Part shown: piece after piece, positions 38,457 through 48,148 of the stretch
Numbering within the stretch: the first letter of the stretch is position 1
How the letters are laid out: every line of letters begins with the position of its first letter
Source of the DNA: a bacterium
GTDB lineage: Bacteria > Vulcanimicrobiota > JABDET01
Assembly (NCBI GenBank): GCA_021800275.1
Contig: JAJYZB010000001.1
Coordinates: 392,624 to 456,623 of the forward strand
DNA: 64,000 bases
Direction: 5' to 3'
Notes under the pieces: model-generated
Database searches by the model: none
What the model saw: only the letters and a program-made list of their open reading frames with translations
Told to the model about the DNA's origin: nothing
Position numbers and translations under genes: made by a program

Positions 38457-39779
38457 ATGATTCCTGCAAAAGATCCAGAAGCGCAGCTAGAAATTTTAAA
38501 ACGCGGCACAGTTGAAATCATTTTCGAGAAAGAACTGGTCCGAAAAATTGAAGAAAGCATTAAAAAACAAGAGCCCCTTCGCATTAAGCTGGGTATTGAC
38601 CCTACAGCCCCTGATCTCCATTTAGGACATTCAGTCACGTTAAAGAAACTGAGACAATTTCAAGATCTAGGACATAAAGTCATCTTAATCATTGGCGATT
38701 TCACTGCCCAAATCGGAGATCCAACAGGCAGATCCGAAACCAGAAAAATCTTAACTCAAGAAGAAATTGAAATGAATATCCAGACTTACTTAAAACAACT
38801 GGGCAAAATTTTAAATACAAACGATCCTGAACATTTTGAATTGAGATACAATTCTGAATGGCTTTCCCCTTTAACATTCCAAAAAATACTGGCTGTGACA
38901 CAGCATTTTACAGTCGCTCAAATGCTGGAGAGAGAAGATTTTAAAAAACGATACGAAAACGGGGTTCCAATTGGCCTGCATGAGTTTTTCTACCCATTAA
39001 TGCAAGGATATGACTCTGCGGCCATTAAAGCAGATGTGGAGCTTGGAGCCACAGAACAAAAATTCAATATTTTAGTCGGACGAGAACTGCAGCGATTTTT
39101 CGGAATGGAGAACCCTCAAGTGGCTGTATTTCTTCCTATCCTGGAAGGAACTGATGGAGTTCAAAAAATGAGCAAATCTCTTGGAAACTACATTGGAATT
39201 TCAGAGCCTCCTGAGGAGATGTTCGGAAAAATCATGAGTATTCCTGATGAATTGATGCCTAAATATTATGAGCTTTTAACCGAGCTCCCAAAGCATAAAC
39301 TGCAGGAGTTGAAAAATGGGCTTGCCTCTAAAACGAAAAAAATAGAAAAAGAAGGATCCCTTATCTTGTCCCCTGAAAAACCAGTAGATTTCAGAGAATG
39401 GAAAGCTGAGCTTGCTAAAACTATCGTAAATTTTTATCATGGTGAAAACGCGGGAACAAAAGCTGAAGAAAACTTCAACCGCATTTATCGAGACAAAATG
39501 CTGCCTGACAGTATTCCAGAAGCCTACTTTCAGGCAAAACATTATGTCAGCCCTAACAACCTCGGAAAATGGCCGTTAGACCTGCTGCTTGTAGAGCACA
39601 ACCTGGCAGCGAGCAATCGTGAGGCAAGACGTCTCATCTCTCAGGGTGGAGTGCAGCTCATTGTGCAAAAAGAGAATGAAATAGATGTAACAACTTTAAA
39701 AGAGGGAAACATTCAGCTTATGGATGGGATGATTCTCAAAGCGGGCAGAAAAAAATACATCAAATTATTAAATCCTTAA
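38457..39779 (+). CDS. tyrS: Tyrosyl-tRNA synthetase with C-terminal S4 domain
   Basis: PDLHLGHSV is the HIGH motif and KMSKSLGN is KMSKS. C-terminal S4: ARRLISQGGVQL. Confidence 0.9.
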   Translation: MIPAKDPEAQLEILKRGTVEIIFEKELVRKIEESIKKQEPLRIKLGIDPTAPDLHLGHSVTLKKLRQFQDLGHKVILIIGDFTAQIGDPTGRSETRKILTQEEIEMNIQTYLKQLGKILNTNDPEHFELRYNSEWLSPLTFQKILAVTQHFTVAQMLEREDFKKRYENGVPIGLHEFFYPLMQGYDSAAIKADVELGATEQKFNILVGRELQRFFGMENPQVAVFLPILEGTDGVQKMSKSLGNYIGISEPPEEMFGKIMSIPDELMPKYYELLTELPKHKLQELKNGLASKTKKIEKEGSLILSPEKPVDFREWKAELAKTIVNFYHGENAGTKAEENFNRIYRDKMLPDSIPEAYFQAKHYVSPNNLGKWPLDLLLVEHNLAASNREARRLISQGGVQLIVQKENEIDVTTLKEGNIQLMDGMILKAGRKKYIKLLNP

Positions 39780-39866
39780 AAATAACTGCATCTGTGTTCT
39801 GTCAGATATTTAAAAATCTGGGTAAAATAAAAAGAATAAAGAATGAAAAGGGGAAAATGTTAAAAG

Positions 39867-40997
39867 ATGAAAGACAAATCTTATAGGTCGGCAGAAGTCA
39901 TGAAAAAAGCAAGCTTATTCTTTCTCTTGACTCTGTTTTTTTTGTCGATGACTTCCACAGCCTACTCTTCCAATGATTTCGGTATTCTAAGAGGAAAAAT
40001 TTTTGATGCTCAATCAAAAGAAGGAATAGGCGGCATTCAAATCGTGATAGAAAACAATCGTTCCAAATTTGCCGTTCAGTCAGACAGCTTTGGCTCATTT
40101 ATTCTAAAACTGGAACCAGGACAGTATTTCGCTCTTGTGCAGGGCGTCCATCAAAAAATCGCATTTTACATTTTTCCAGGCAAAACAGCTCTCCTGGATA
40201 TTCCTGTAAAAGCAAGCGCCCTCCCTCAGCCCATTCACTATACAGTGCAGTATCATCCCATTCACCAAAAGCAGCCCCTAATTGAACAGAATCCTCCTGC
40301 TCAGCCTCAATCTTCAAAACCAGAATCCAGCCGCTCCGAAAAAGTGGTGCAGCCATTTATCAAATCCTCGAATCCTCCATCTACAAAACAAGCTGAACCT
40401 TCTAAACCTATTATTTCCCCTCCAACTGAAAAATACCCGATGTCTGGGATGGTAGTTCCTATGAAGCCCAAACGAACAATCCCTAAAAACACAGCGCCAG
40501 CCCTTGCCATTATGCCTTTTAAAGACTCTACAGACAATGGCTTAGGAATGCAAACCTCACGCGATATTGCTGATTATCTGTTTGACCTCGGAAAAATAAA
40601 AGTGATTGGTCCTCACAGCATCACCGGCGCCATTGGCGGCTTACCTGCAGATCCATTAAATGGCGCTTTTGCCCAATGGATTGCCCGAAAACTCGGGGCT
40701 AATGAAGTCGTTTTAGGAAGAATTAAAAAAGCACAAATTGTGCATCACCAGTACTTCTTCTTTGTTACTGCTGGAACAGTCATAACGGCAGTAATCCAAG
40801 TGATGGATGTCAAGACAGGAAATATCATAACTACTTTTACTCGAACCGCCTCTTCGGGAATGTTCGGAACTTCAGGAAACAAGAACCGTTATTATAAAAG
40901 AAAAACCATAAAAGATTTATTTAAAAGGGCTTGTAAAAACATGGCGCATGAACTCGGAGATCAGCTCTTAAAAATTGAACATCAGAACACAGAATAG
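39867..40997 (+). CDS. Secreted hypothetical protein (N-terminal carboxypeptidase-regulatory-like beta domain, Pro/Gln-rich linker, C-terminal domain)
   Basis: Signal peptide. GILRGKIFDAQSKEGIGGIQIVIENN is CarboxypepD_reg-like. The low-complexity segment is PAQPQSSKPESSRSEK. Confidence 0.45.
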   Translation: MKDKSYRSAEVMKKASLFFLLTLFFLSMTSTAYSSNDFGILRGKIFDAQSKEGIGGIQIVIENNRSKFAVQSDSFGSFILKLEPGQYFALVQGVHQKIAFYIFPGKTALLDIPVKASALPQPIHYTVQYHPIHQKQPLIEQNPPAQPQSSKPESSRSEKVVQPFIKSSNPPSTKQAEPSKPIISPPTEKYPMSGMVVPMKPKRTIPKNTAPALAIMPFKDSTDNGLGMQTSRDIADYLFDLGKIKVIGPHSITGAIGGLPADPLNGAFAQWIARKLGANEVVLGRIKKAQIVHHQYFFFVTAGTVITAVIQVMDVKTGNIITTFTRTASSGMFGTSGNKNRYYKRKTIKDLFKRACKNMAHELGDQLLKIEHQNTE

Positions 40998-41086
40998 AGC
41001 AAATTTATTCTGGCAGCAAGGATCCTGCTAAAAAATAAAAGAACACTTATATAAAGCGTAATACTTTGGTGATGGTATTGGAACAA

Positions 41087-41161
41087 GGGCCAGTAGTTCA
41101 GTGGTAGAACGTCGGTCTCCAAAACCGAATGCCGTGGGTTCAAATCCTGCCTGGCCCGCCA
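41087..41161 (+). tRNA. tRNA-Trp (anticodon CCA)
   Basis: GGGCCAG/CTGGCCC acceptor stem. Anticodon arm TCGGT-CTCCAAA-ACCGA. Ends in GCCA. Confidence 0.8.
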
Positions 41162-41214
41162 GATCCTCTAAAAAGTCGAGTTATTTGAGCTTAAATACCC
41201 CGATCGCTGAGGAG

Positions 41215-42192
41215 TCAAACATGTAATGCAGCTTTCATGATAAGCCATGCAGCTGGCTGAAATAGCAGTTGAGCAACCAATGTCCCAACAATTGAACCCA
41301 GGTTTAAAAACACAATAACTGCTTTTACGTCCTCCTCTGTTTTTATTCCATGAATTGCCTGATCGGTAATTAAAGCCGCCTTAGGATCCACAAAAATTGT
41401 AAACAAAATCGTTGAAACTCCAGTAATAATCCCTGAAAGCCCCACTGCAGTCAAAGCTCTTGCGCTTTCAACAGCGCCAGCATAATACGCTGCAAGAACT
41501 CCAATAGATAAAAAAGCTTGCACAAAAATATTCAAAATCAAAAAATCTTTCGGAAGCCTGGATAGACTTTTCAAGGTTACTTGCATAAAACCAGGGGGTC
41601 TAAAAATATCAGGATGAAAAAGCCAGGATAAGAATGTAAAAAGAACATAAAAAAGAATTGACACACAAATTCCAAACCCAAAAAATTCTAAACCTCTAAC
41701 AAAATTTAAATGGCCAGCAAAACGATGAAACGAGAAAAAAGAAATTCCGAATCCTAAAGCCAAACTAACCATAAAAATGTTATAAAACTTCTGATAGCTC
41801 CCTTTTCTTGGTTTTAAAAGCCCAAAAAAAATCTTAGGGACAGAATTCTCCCTTTCAAAAACCAGAATTCCTTTTCTAAAAACCTCAACAAACGTAGGAA
41901 TGAGAAGAAAAGCAAAAATACAGCCAAGGGTTGAAGCGCTTAAAATAATCCTGTACTGCACTTCCAGAAGATGAATGTTTCTTGTTCTTCTTGCAATATC
42001 TGCTAATCTTCCAATTTCAGGGAGGAGAAGCATATTGGCTATTCGGGAGAAAAAAACATAGGTATTAAAAAGAGTAGTGGCTGTAGCAATTCTCTTCGTG
42101 TAAACCCCAGCCAGTCTTGCAGCTCCAAAAGACACCAGAAGCAGGTTAATCGCGGCAAACAAAAAAAATCCAATCACGACCAGCCAGTTCAT
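41215..42192 (-). CDS. Polytopic membrane protein with internal two-fold repeat, possibly Amj-like (DUF2837) lipid II flippase
   Basis: Eight to ten TM helices. No other motif. The family assignment is tentative. Confidence 0.4.
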   Translation of the reverse strand: MNWLVVIGFFLFAAINLLLVSFGAARLAGVYTKRIATATTLFNTYVFFSRIANMLLLPEIGRLADIARRTRNIHLLEVQYRIILSASTLGCIFAFLLIPTFVEVFRKGILVFERENSVPKIFFGLLKPRKGSYQKFYNIFMVSLALGFGISFFSFHRFAGHLNFVRGLEFFGFGICVSILFYVLFTFLSWLFHPDIFRPPGFMQVTLKSLSRLPKDFLILNIFVQAFLSIGVLAAYYAGAVESARALTAVGLSGIITGVSTILFTIFVDPKAALITDQAIHGIKTEEDVKAVIVFLNLGSIVGTLVAQLLFQPAAWLIMKAALHV

Positions 42193-42532
42193 TACATTCG
42201 AATTCTGGAAAACTAAAAACCCTCCTTTCTGCGCCTATTGCGCAGGAAAATTGCTAGAGTTTGCTTTTACTAAATAAACCCACCGACCTTTGATAATATT
42301 ACGCGGTGAATAGCGGAATCGCTGTGGCTAATTTTGTTTTTATCCTGCCAAGGCGCTCAGCCACCCACACCTTGATGATGGAGTTTTGCTTCCTCATAAT
42401 CACAGGAAGGAAGGACATTTTCCCGTGGTCATTTGCCCTGAACATAATCACTTAGGAATGACACCTCTGCCCTGGCGAAGGAAAATTCAACCTGTTTAGA
42501 CAATTTAAAGATTCAGAGAGAGATATAGGGAA

Positions 42533-42949
42533 TTGATATCAGAGAAAATCGCAGAACTTTTAAAAAAAGCTCGGACCATTGCTGTTGTTGGTCTGTCAGA
42601 TAAGCCAGATCGTCCGAGCTATCATGTAACATCCTATCTTTTCTCTGCAGGCTACCGTATTATCCCCGTGAATCCACGGGTGAAAACACTCTTTAATGAA
42701 AAAGCTTACCCTGATCTCCTGAGTATTCCGAAAGAAATTTCGATTGATATCGTGGATATTTTTCGGCGTTCTCAAGATGTCCCCCCTATTGTGGATCAAG
42801 CGATCCAATTAAAACCTCTCTGCATCTGGATGCAGCTAGGAATCATTCACGAGCAAGCCGCAAAAAAAGCTGAGGAGTCGGGAATCATGGTGGTTATGAA
42901 TCGCTGTCTTTCTGTTACCCATCAACAGTTGATTGGGTTGAATAAATAA
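42533..42949 (+). CDS. CoA-binding domain protein (YccU/CoA_binding_2 family)
   Basis: TIAVVGLSDKPDRPSYHVTSYLFSAGYRIIPVNP is the typical Rossmann-like CoA-binding N-terminus. Confidence 0.8.
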   Translation: MISEKIAELLKKARTIAVVGLSDKPDRPSYHVTSYLFSAGYRIIPVNPRVKTLFNEKAYPDLLSIPKEISIDIVDIFRRSQDVPPIVDQAIQLKPLCIWMQLGIIHEQAAKKAEESGIMVVMNRCLSVTHQQLIGLNK

Positions 42950-42962
42950 GGATAACCCCAGG

Positions 42963-44525
42963 ATGGTCACTCTGCAGCGCCAAAAAACTTATCCAAACTC
43001 TTCTAATAAATTCTTTATGCCTTATCCATTGTTCACGCTGCTTTTTTTCATTTTATTTTTTCTTACAAATCTTACTGTTTCAGCAGATCCAACTCGGATT
43101 CGGGTTGCGCTGGCGCTGAACGCAGATCGAATTCAGGTGTCCTGCTGGAAGGGATTAAGAGTTTATGCCAGCGGGAGAAAAGTTTTCTCGGGAAGAACCG
43201 CTTATATCCAGGCTCTTTATGACAGAATCTTTATCAACGGGAAAAAAGTTTTCAATCGCGACATTTTGATTGCCCCTAATTCCTCTTTTTACCTTAGAGG
43301 GGGATATTATCAAGGTTCTCTCCAAGTCGTATTAACCAATGGTTCCCTGGATGCTATTAATATCATTTCCTTGCAGAAATATCTGGAAAGTGTGATTGGC
43401 TCAGAAATGCCTTCAAAATGGCCGATTCAGGCTCTAGAAGCTCAAGCAGTTGCAGCCCGAACTTATGCCCTGCGAGAAATCAAAGCGCACCAGAACTCAC
43501 TCTATGATCTGGTATCAACTTATCTCGCTCAAGCTTATAACGGTCTTGAAAGTGTTACTCCAAAAACTATTCAAGCCGTGCAACGAACACGAGGTGAGGT
43601 TCTGACTTACAACAACCAATTAATTATGGCTTACTATTCCTCTGACTGTGGGGGCCGAACAGAATCTGGAGCCGACATTTTCCATAAGAACATCCCTTAT
43701 TTGCAGAGTGTTCCCTGTGATTTTGATCAAGGAGCTCCTCACCGCCGCTGGGAAAAAGTCTATACCCTCCGAGAATTATCGGGAATCTTTGGAACCAGGC
43801 TCCACGGACTGAAGATTATCAAAGATCCTAAAACAAAGCATGTGGTAGAAGTTGTTCTTGAAACTGAACGCCGAAATATTCACCTGCCAGGGTATCAATT
43901 CAGAAAAATTATGGGAACCAATCAAATCCGCTCCACGTTTTTCTCGCTCCATATGCACAGCAAAATCGCGTATATCCCTAAAGTAGAAAATCTTCCCCCC
44001 AAAAAAGAATCGAAGTATATTTTAGCCAATAGTTATGTTTCGATTCCTGTGAATCGCATTAAAAGCATGCAGATAGCAGAGAATAAAGCCGCTCACAGCA
44101 AACCGGTAAACTCTGAAGATAAAACGCCTCATCACAAAACACCTGGAGAAAGTCAAGTCTTTATGCTTAATGGGAAAGGGGAAATTACTGAAGCTGAAGT
44201 GACAAAACAAAACCCCCTTGTTCTCATTACAGCAGGGGGCTGGCTTTCAGGAGGGTATAGAAATTTAGCTTTTCTTTTTGTGGGAACCAAACTTATGCCT
44301 GAAAAGAAACAGGAGAAAAAAACGATCGAGGTTTCTCAGGGGACAAAAACGATTTTGATTCCGACCAGAGTTCCTAACCCTGATGACATAACCTTTTACG
44401 GCAGAGGATGGGGGCATGGACTCGGGTTATGTCAGTGGGGAGCAAAAGGGATGGCAGAACTGGGGAAAAATTACAGGCAAATCCTTCACTTTTTCTATCA
44501 TGGTGTCAAAATTCAAGTCTGGTAA
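42963..44525 (+). CDS. SpoIID/LytB-domain protein (peptidoglycan lytic transglycosylase / amidase enhancer family) with C-terminal extension
   Basis: ALEAQAVAARTYAL and YYSSDCGGRTES are SpoIID hallmarks. Signal peptide/TM present. Confidence 0.8.
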   Translation: MVTLQRQKTYPNSSNKFFMPYPLFTLLFFILFFLTNLTVSADPTRIRVALALNADRIQVSCWKGLRVYASGRKVFSGRTAYIQALYDRIFINGKKVFNRDILIAPNSSFYLRGGYYQGSLQVVLTNGSLDAINIISLQKYLESVIGSEMPSKWPIQALEAQAVAARTYALREIKAHQNSLYDLVSTYLAQAYNGLESVTPKTIQAVQRTRGEVLTYNNQLIMAYYSSDCGGRTESGADIFHKNIPYLQSVPCDFDQGAPHRRWEKVYTLRELSGIFGTRLHGLKIIKDPKTKHVVEVVLETERRNIHLPGYQFRKIMGTNQIRSTFFSLHMHSKIAYIPKVENLPPKKESKYILANSYVSIPVNRIKSMQIAENKAAHSKPVNSEDKTPHHKTPGESQVFMLNGKGEITEAEVTKQNPLVLITAGGWLSGGYRNLAFLFVGTKLMPEKKQEKKTIEVSQGTKTILIPTRVPNPDDITFYGRGWGHGLGLCQWGAKGMAELGKNYRQILHFFYHGVKIQVW

Positions 44526-44566
44526 AAACTCTTACGATCCTTTTTCCCATGCTGCGAAAAAAAAAC

Positions 44567-45646
44567 TCAATTTTTATATTGTTTTCTAGCTGTCAGCACT
44601 TGATCCATGCTGTTTAAAAACAACTCAGTTAACTCAGGATCAAAATTAACCCCTTTTAATTGTTTAATTTCAGCCAGGGCTTTTTCCACAGGCCAGGGCT
44701 CTTTATAAGGGCGTTTCGAGGTTAAGGCATCGAAAACATCTGCAATCGAGCATATTCGACTGACAAAAGGAATATCTTCTCCTTTTAAACCTGAAGGATA
44801 ACCTGTTCCATCCCATTTTTCATGATGGGTAAGAGCAATCAGTTCAGCTAACTGCAGCAGTTTCGATCTGCTGCCCGACAAAATTCTAGCCCCTAAAACA
44901 GTATGAGACTTCACAATTTCCCATTCTTCAGGGGTCAATTTTCCTGGCTTCAGCAGCACCTGATCCGGAACTTTAATCTTTCCAATATCATGCATTTGAG
45001 CCGCATAAAATAAAAGTTTTACTTCTTCCTCTTTCATGCCGCTGGTTTTTCCTAAAATCGCAGCATACTGACTCATCCTTTTGATATGCATTCCTGTGTC
45101 GTCATCTCGATATTCAGCCACTAAACTTAATCTCTGGATCGTCTCTAACTGGGTTTCTTGAATTTCAGCAGTCCGCTCTTGAACCTTTTCCTCTAAAATT
45201 TTATTTTGATCCAGCACCTGCTTGTATAAAAGCCAGTATTCCAGCATATTCCGAATCCGAGAAAGCAGCTCGATTTGATCAAAGGGCTTGTTTAAAAAAT
45301 CTTTTGCCCCTTCCTGAAGAGCCCTTTTCCTGGTTTCTATAGTAGAATCCCCTGTTAAAACAAGAATCGGAGGATGAGCATAATTTTCGATAATTTTCAA
45401 CTGAGCCATGATTTGATACCCATCCAATCCAGGCATATTCAAGTCTAACAGAATCAAATCCGGTGAATGTTTTTTGTAAAACCCTAAAGCTTCTAAAGGT
45501 TCAGAGGTAAAGAGGAGGTTAGAATACCCGTGAACTCTCAGAATTCCATCCAGGAGATCCAGATTTTCCCTCTGGTCATCAATCATTAAAATTTTTGCCT
45601 TAAAAATTTCTGAGTCCGAAATCATTTTTATCCACTGCCCGTTCAA
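44567..45646 (-). CDS. Response regulator with HD-GYP output domain (c-di-GMP phosphodiesterase, RpfG-like)
   Basis: REC domain LMIDDQ...DLILLDLNMPGLDG with the phospho-acceptor Asp. The HD-GYP domain is intact: HD in AAQMHDIGK and HHEKWDGTGYP. An alternative start is M8 at 45625. Confidence 0.85.
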   Translation of the reverse strand: MNGQWIKMISDSEIFKAKILMIDDQRENLDLLDGILRVHGYSNLLFTSEPLEALGFYKKHSPDLILLDLNMPGLDGYQIMAQLKIIENYAHPPILVLTGDSTIETRKRALQEGAKDFLNKPFDQIELLSRIRNMLEYWLLYKQVLDQNKILEEKVQERTAEIQETQLETIQRLSLVAEYRDDDTGMHIKRMSQYAAILGKTSGMKEEEVKLLFYAAQMHDIGKIKVPDQVLLKPGKLTPEEWEIVKSHTVLGARILSGSRSKLLQLAELIALTHHEKWDGTGYPSGLKGEDIPFVSRICSIADVFDALTSKRPYKEPWPVEKALAEIKQLKGVNFDPELTELFLNSMDQVLTARKQYKN

Positions 45647-45885
45647 AATTTACTTTGAGAATCACATTCTTGAAAATTTGACAGTAGTCCTCCACCAGAA
45701 CCACTATCTATAAACTTCTGTTTTAAGATTTGCTTCCTTATTCTTGCCTTCAATCTCAGATGGAAAGTTCACATTTCGTTAAAAGAAAACAGATTGAACT
45801 TCAGAAAAAAAAACACTATACTGAAAACAGATAAGGATTGTCATGAAGCCAATCCAATAATCAAAAAAGAGAGGGGATATTATCA

Positions 45886-46833
45886 ATGAATATACAAGCA
45901 GCCAGTACTGGAAAAATTACAGGAACAGTTTCCACCGCTAAACAAGCGCCGCAAACGGCAGCAGGATCTCTCCCAGTACCAGATCATATTGTCATTGTTA
46001 TTGAAGAAAATCATGGAGAAGGTCAGATCATAGGGGATAAACCTGTACAACCTGATTTATACCACCAAATTGTAGGAAATGCCCAAGATGCTCCTTATAT
46101 CAACTCTCTGGCTAAAGAAGGAGCACTTTTCACAGATTCCCACGGTGTAATGCACCCCTCTACCCCGAATTATCTTGCCTTATTTTCTGGATCAACCCAT
46201 GGAGCCACAACGGATAACTGCCCCCCTCCAGGAGCCCCTTATTCCACTCCAAATCTCGCAGAACAATTAATGAACCATGGATACACATTTGAAGGTTATG
46301 GAGAATCCATGCCGCAGCCTGGATTTACAGGCTGCCAAAGTGGTCTTTATGTGAGAAAACACTGTCCCTGGGTGAACTGGCCATCTCTTTCTAAAGAAAG
46401 CCAGCCTTTTACTGCGTTCCCAACAGATTTCAGCAAACTCCCAACAGTCTCATTTGTAATCCCTAATCTCAATGATGATATGCACAATGGAACAGTGCAG
46501 CAGGGAGATACCTGGCTGAAAGATAATATCAGCCAATACGCCCAATGGGCAAAAACCCACAATTCTCTTCTCATTGTTACTTTTGACGAAGATGATTTTA
46601 CACCGGCTAATCATATCCCTACCATTTTCGTGGGGCAAATGGTCAAACCAGGACAGTACAGCGAAACCATCAACCACTACAACGTCCTGCGGACTATTGA
46701 AGCAATGTACGGACTCTCAGCTCTTGGGAATGCAGCTCAAGCCCAGCCGATCACAGATGTTTGGCAGTCCACTGTCAATGCAGCCCAGGCTTCCAATCCC
46801 GAAAAAACTTCTGCAAATTCGGCGGCAGCCTGA
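45886..46833 (+). CDS. Phosphoesterase-family protein (acid phosphatase/phospholipase-C-like, PF04185-like)
   Basis: HIVIVIEENHGEGQ resembles the ENHSFD metal site. Probably secreted. Confidence 0.55.
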   Translation: MNIQAASTGKITGTVSTAKQAPQTAAGSLPVPDHIVIVIEENHGEGQIIGDKPVQPDLYHQIVGNAQDAPYINSLAKEGALFTDSHGVMHPSTPNYLALFSGSTHGATTDNCPPPGAPYSTPNLAEQLMNHGYTFEGYGESMPQPGFTGCQSGLYVRKHCPWVNWPSLSKESQPFTAFPTDFSKLPTVSFVIPNLNDDMHNGTVQQGDTWLKDNISQYAQWAKTHNSLLIVTFDEDDFTPANHIPTIFVGQMVKPGQYSETINHYNVLRTIEAMYGLSALGNAAQAQPITDVWQSTVNAAQASNPEKTSANSAAA

Positions 46834-46897
46834 TACCCACATACTTGAAACACCACACTCTACAGATAACAGATAATAGGGCAGGAAGTACGGAATA

Positions 46898-48148
46898 GTG
46901 AGAGGAAATTCTTTCCTCATGCCCGCAGATAAAATATTAGCGCAAGAAAAATCGCACCATGAGCCAGAGGTTCACAAGCTTAGGTTTGTTAAAATCCAGG
47001 GTTACCGCCCTTTTAAAGATTTTACTGCAGAGCTCGATTTACTCGAAGTATTCGTTGGAGCAAATGGAACAGGAAAATCCAGCTTTTTCGAATTCCTTAA
47101 ATTTATCAGAGATGGTGTAAAAACCGAAGAAATCCCTGCCGAAATTATTGCAGGTTCAATCGGGCAACAAATTTTTCATAAACCAGGTCCGGATAAATTC
47201 TTCTGGAACCTGGAGATGAATATGGAGGGCGAGAAAACGGCTATACAGTACCAGGGAGAACTAATAGGACCAGTCGGTCAAACCCGAGTGATTTATGAGA
47301 CTGTTCAAACAGCAAAACCACTTGGACAACAATACAGCAAACCTCTCATATTGATGGATGTGAGAAATGGCAGTGGTAAAATTTTTGATCCCTTATTGAA
47401 AAAATTTAAATCCCAAGAAATCATATTGAAACGCACTAATCAACTTGCCCTCAGCCTTATGACCAACCCTGCGTTAAAAACCTTGTATGATTTAAGGGAA
47501 TTCATCCTTGAATGGAAGTTTTACAACTCGTTTAATATTGATAATTATAAAATTCGCCAGGCTGTGCCGACAGAGCAAGAACCAATCCTGAGAGAAGACG
47601 CGGGAAACCTGAGTTCAGTGCTGCATTACCTTATGACTGAACACCCTCCTATTTTTGATGAACTACAGCAGTATCTGCGTCAAGTTATACCAGGTTTCAA
47701 AAAACTCATGGTGAAAGCTCGAGGCGCTCCAGGACACGTCATTGCTTTCTGGCAGGAAGAAGGCGGAGAGGACCTCAGTCTCGCCGATTTATCAAACGGA
47801 ACTCTTCACCTTATATGCTGGACAGCCCTTTGTGTGAATCCTAAAATCCCGACGCTTATCTGTATAGATGAACCTGATCAAGGAGTGCATCCTAGAACAC
47901 TTCCTTTTCTCGCAGGTTTATTCAAAAAAGCAAGTGAGCGGACTCAAATATTTCTTGCCACTCATGCCTCCTATTTTTTGATCCAATTCGATCTGGAGAA
48001 TTTAGCAGTGTTAGTAAAAGAAAATGGTGAAACGAAGTTCGTTAAGCCTGCTAACTCTGCAATACTCAAAGAAAATCTAAAAGAATTTGGCTCTGAAGAG
48101 ATAGAGATCATGCACAAAAATGATGAACTGGAAAATTTCTCAGAATGA
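46898..48148 (+). CDS. ABC/SMC-like ATPase (AAA_21/AAA_15 type) of a candidate two-gene defence cassette
   Basis: VFVGANGTGKSS is Walker A. LSNGTLHLICW is an ABC-signature/Q-loop-like segment. TLICIDEPDQGVHP is Walker B with the D-loop. FLATHASYF is the H-loop. An alternative start is 46919, where the RBS GAGAGGA sits in a GAGGAAA..TTTCCTC palindrome. Confidence 0.75.
   Translation: MRGNSFLMPADKILAQEKSHHEPEVHKLRFVKIQGYRPFKDFTAELDLLEVFVGANGTGKSSFFEFLKFIRDGVKTEEIPAEIIAGSIGQQIFHKPGPDKFFWNLEMNMEGEKTAIQYQGELIGPVGQTRVIYETVQTAKPLGQQYSKPLILMDVRNGSGKIFDPLLKKFKSQEIILKRTNQLALSLMTNPALKTLYDLREFILEWKFYNSFNIDNYKIRQAVPTEQEPILREDAGNLSSVLHYLMTEHPPIFDELQQYLRQVIPGFKKLMVKARGAPGHVIAFWQEEGGEDLSLADLSNGTLHLICWTALCVNPKIPTLICIDEPDQGVHPRTLPFLAGLFKKASERTQIFLATHASYFLIQFDLENLAVLVKENGETKFVKPANSAILKENLKEFGSEEIEIMHKNDELENFSE

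Noticed and set aside
40990-41040. Palindrome GGCAGCAAGGATCCTGC after the 39867-40997 gene
   Set aside because: It is followed by an A-run rather than a T-run on the plus strand, so it is not a convincing intrinsic terminator for that gene.
42380-42440. Possible c-di-GMP-I (GEMM) riboswitch on the minus strand upstream of the Amj-like gene
   Set aside because: Only a short CAGGGCAAA / ACGGG resemblance. The P1/P2 architecture and the GGGACGCAAAGCC core are not evident.
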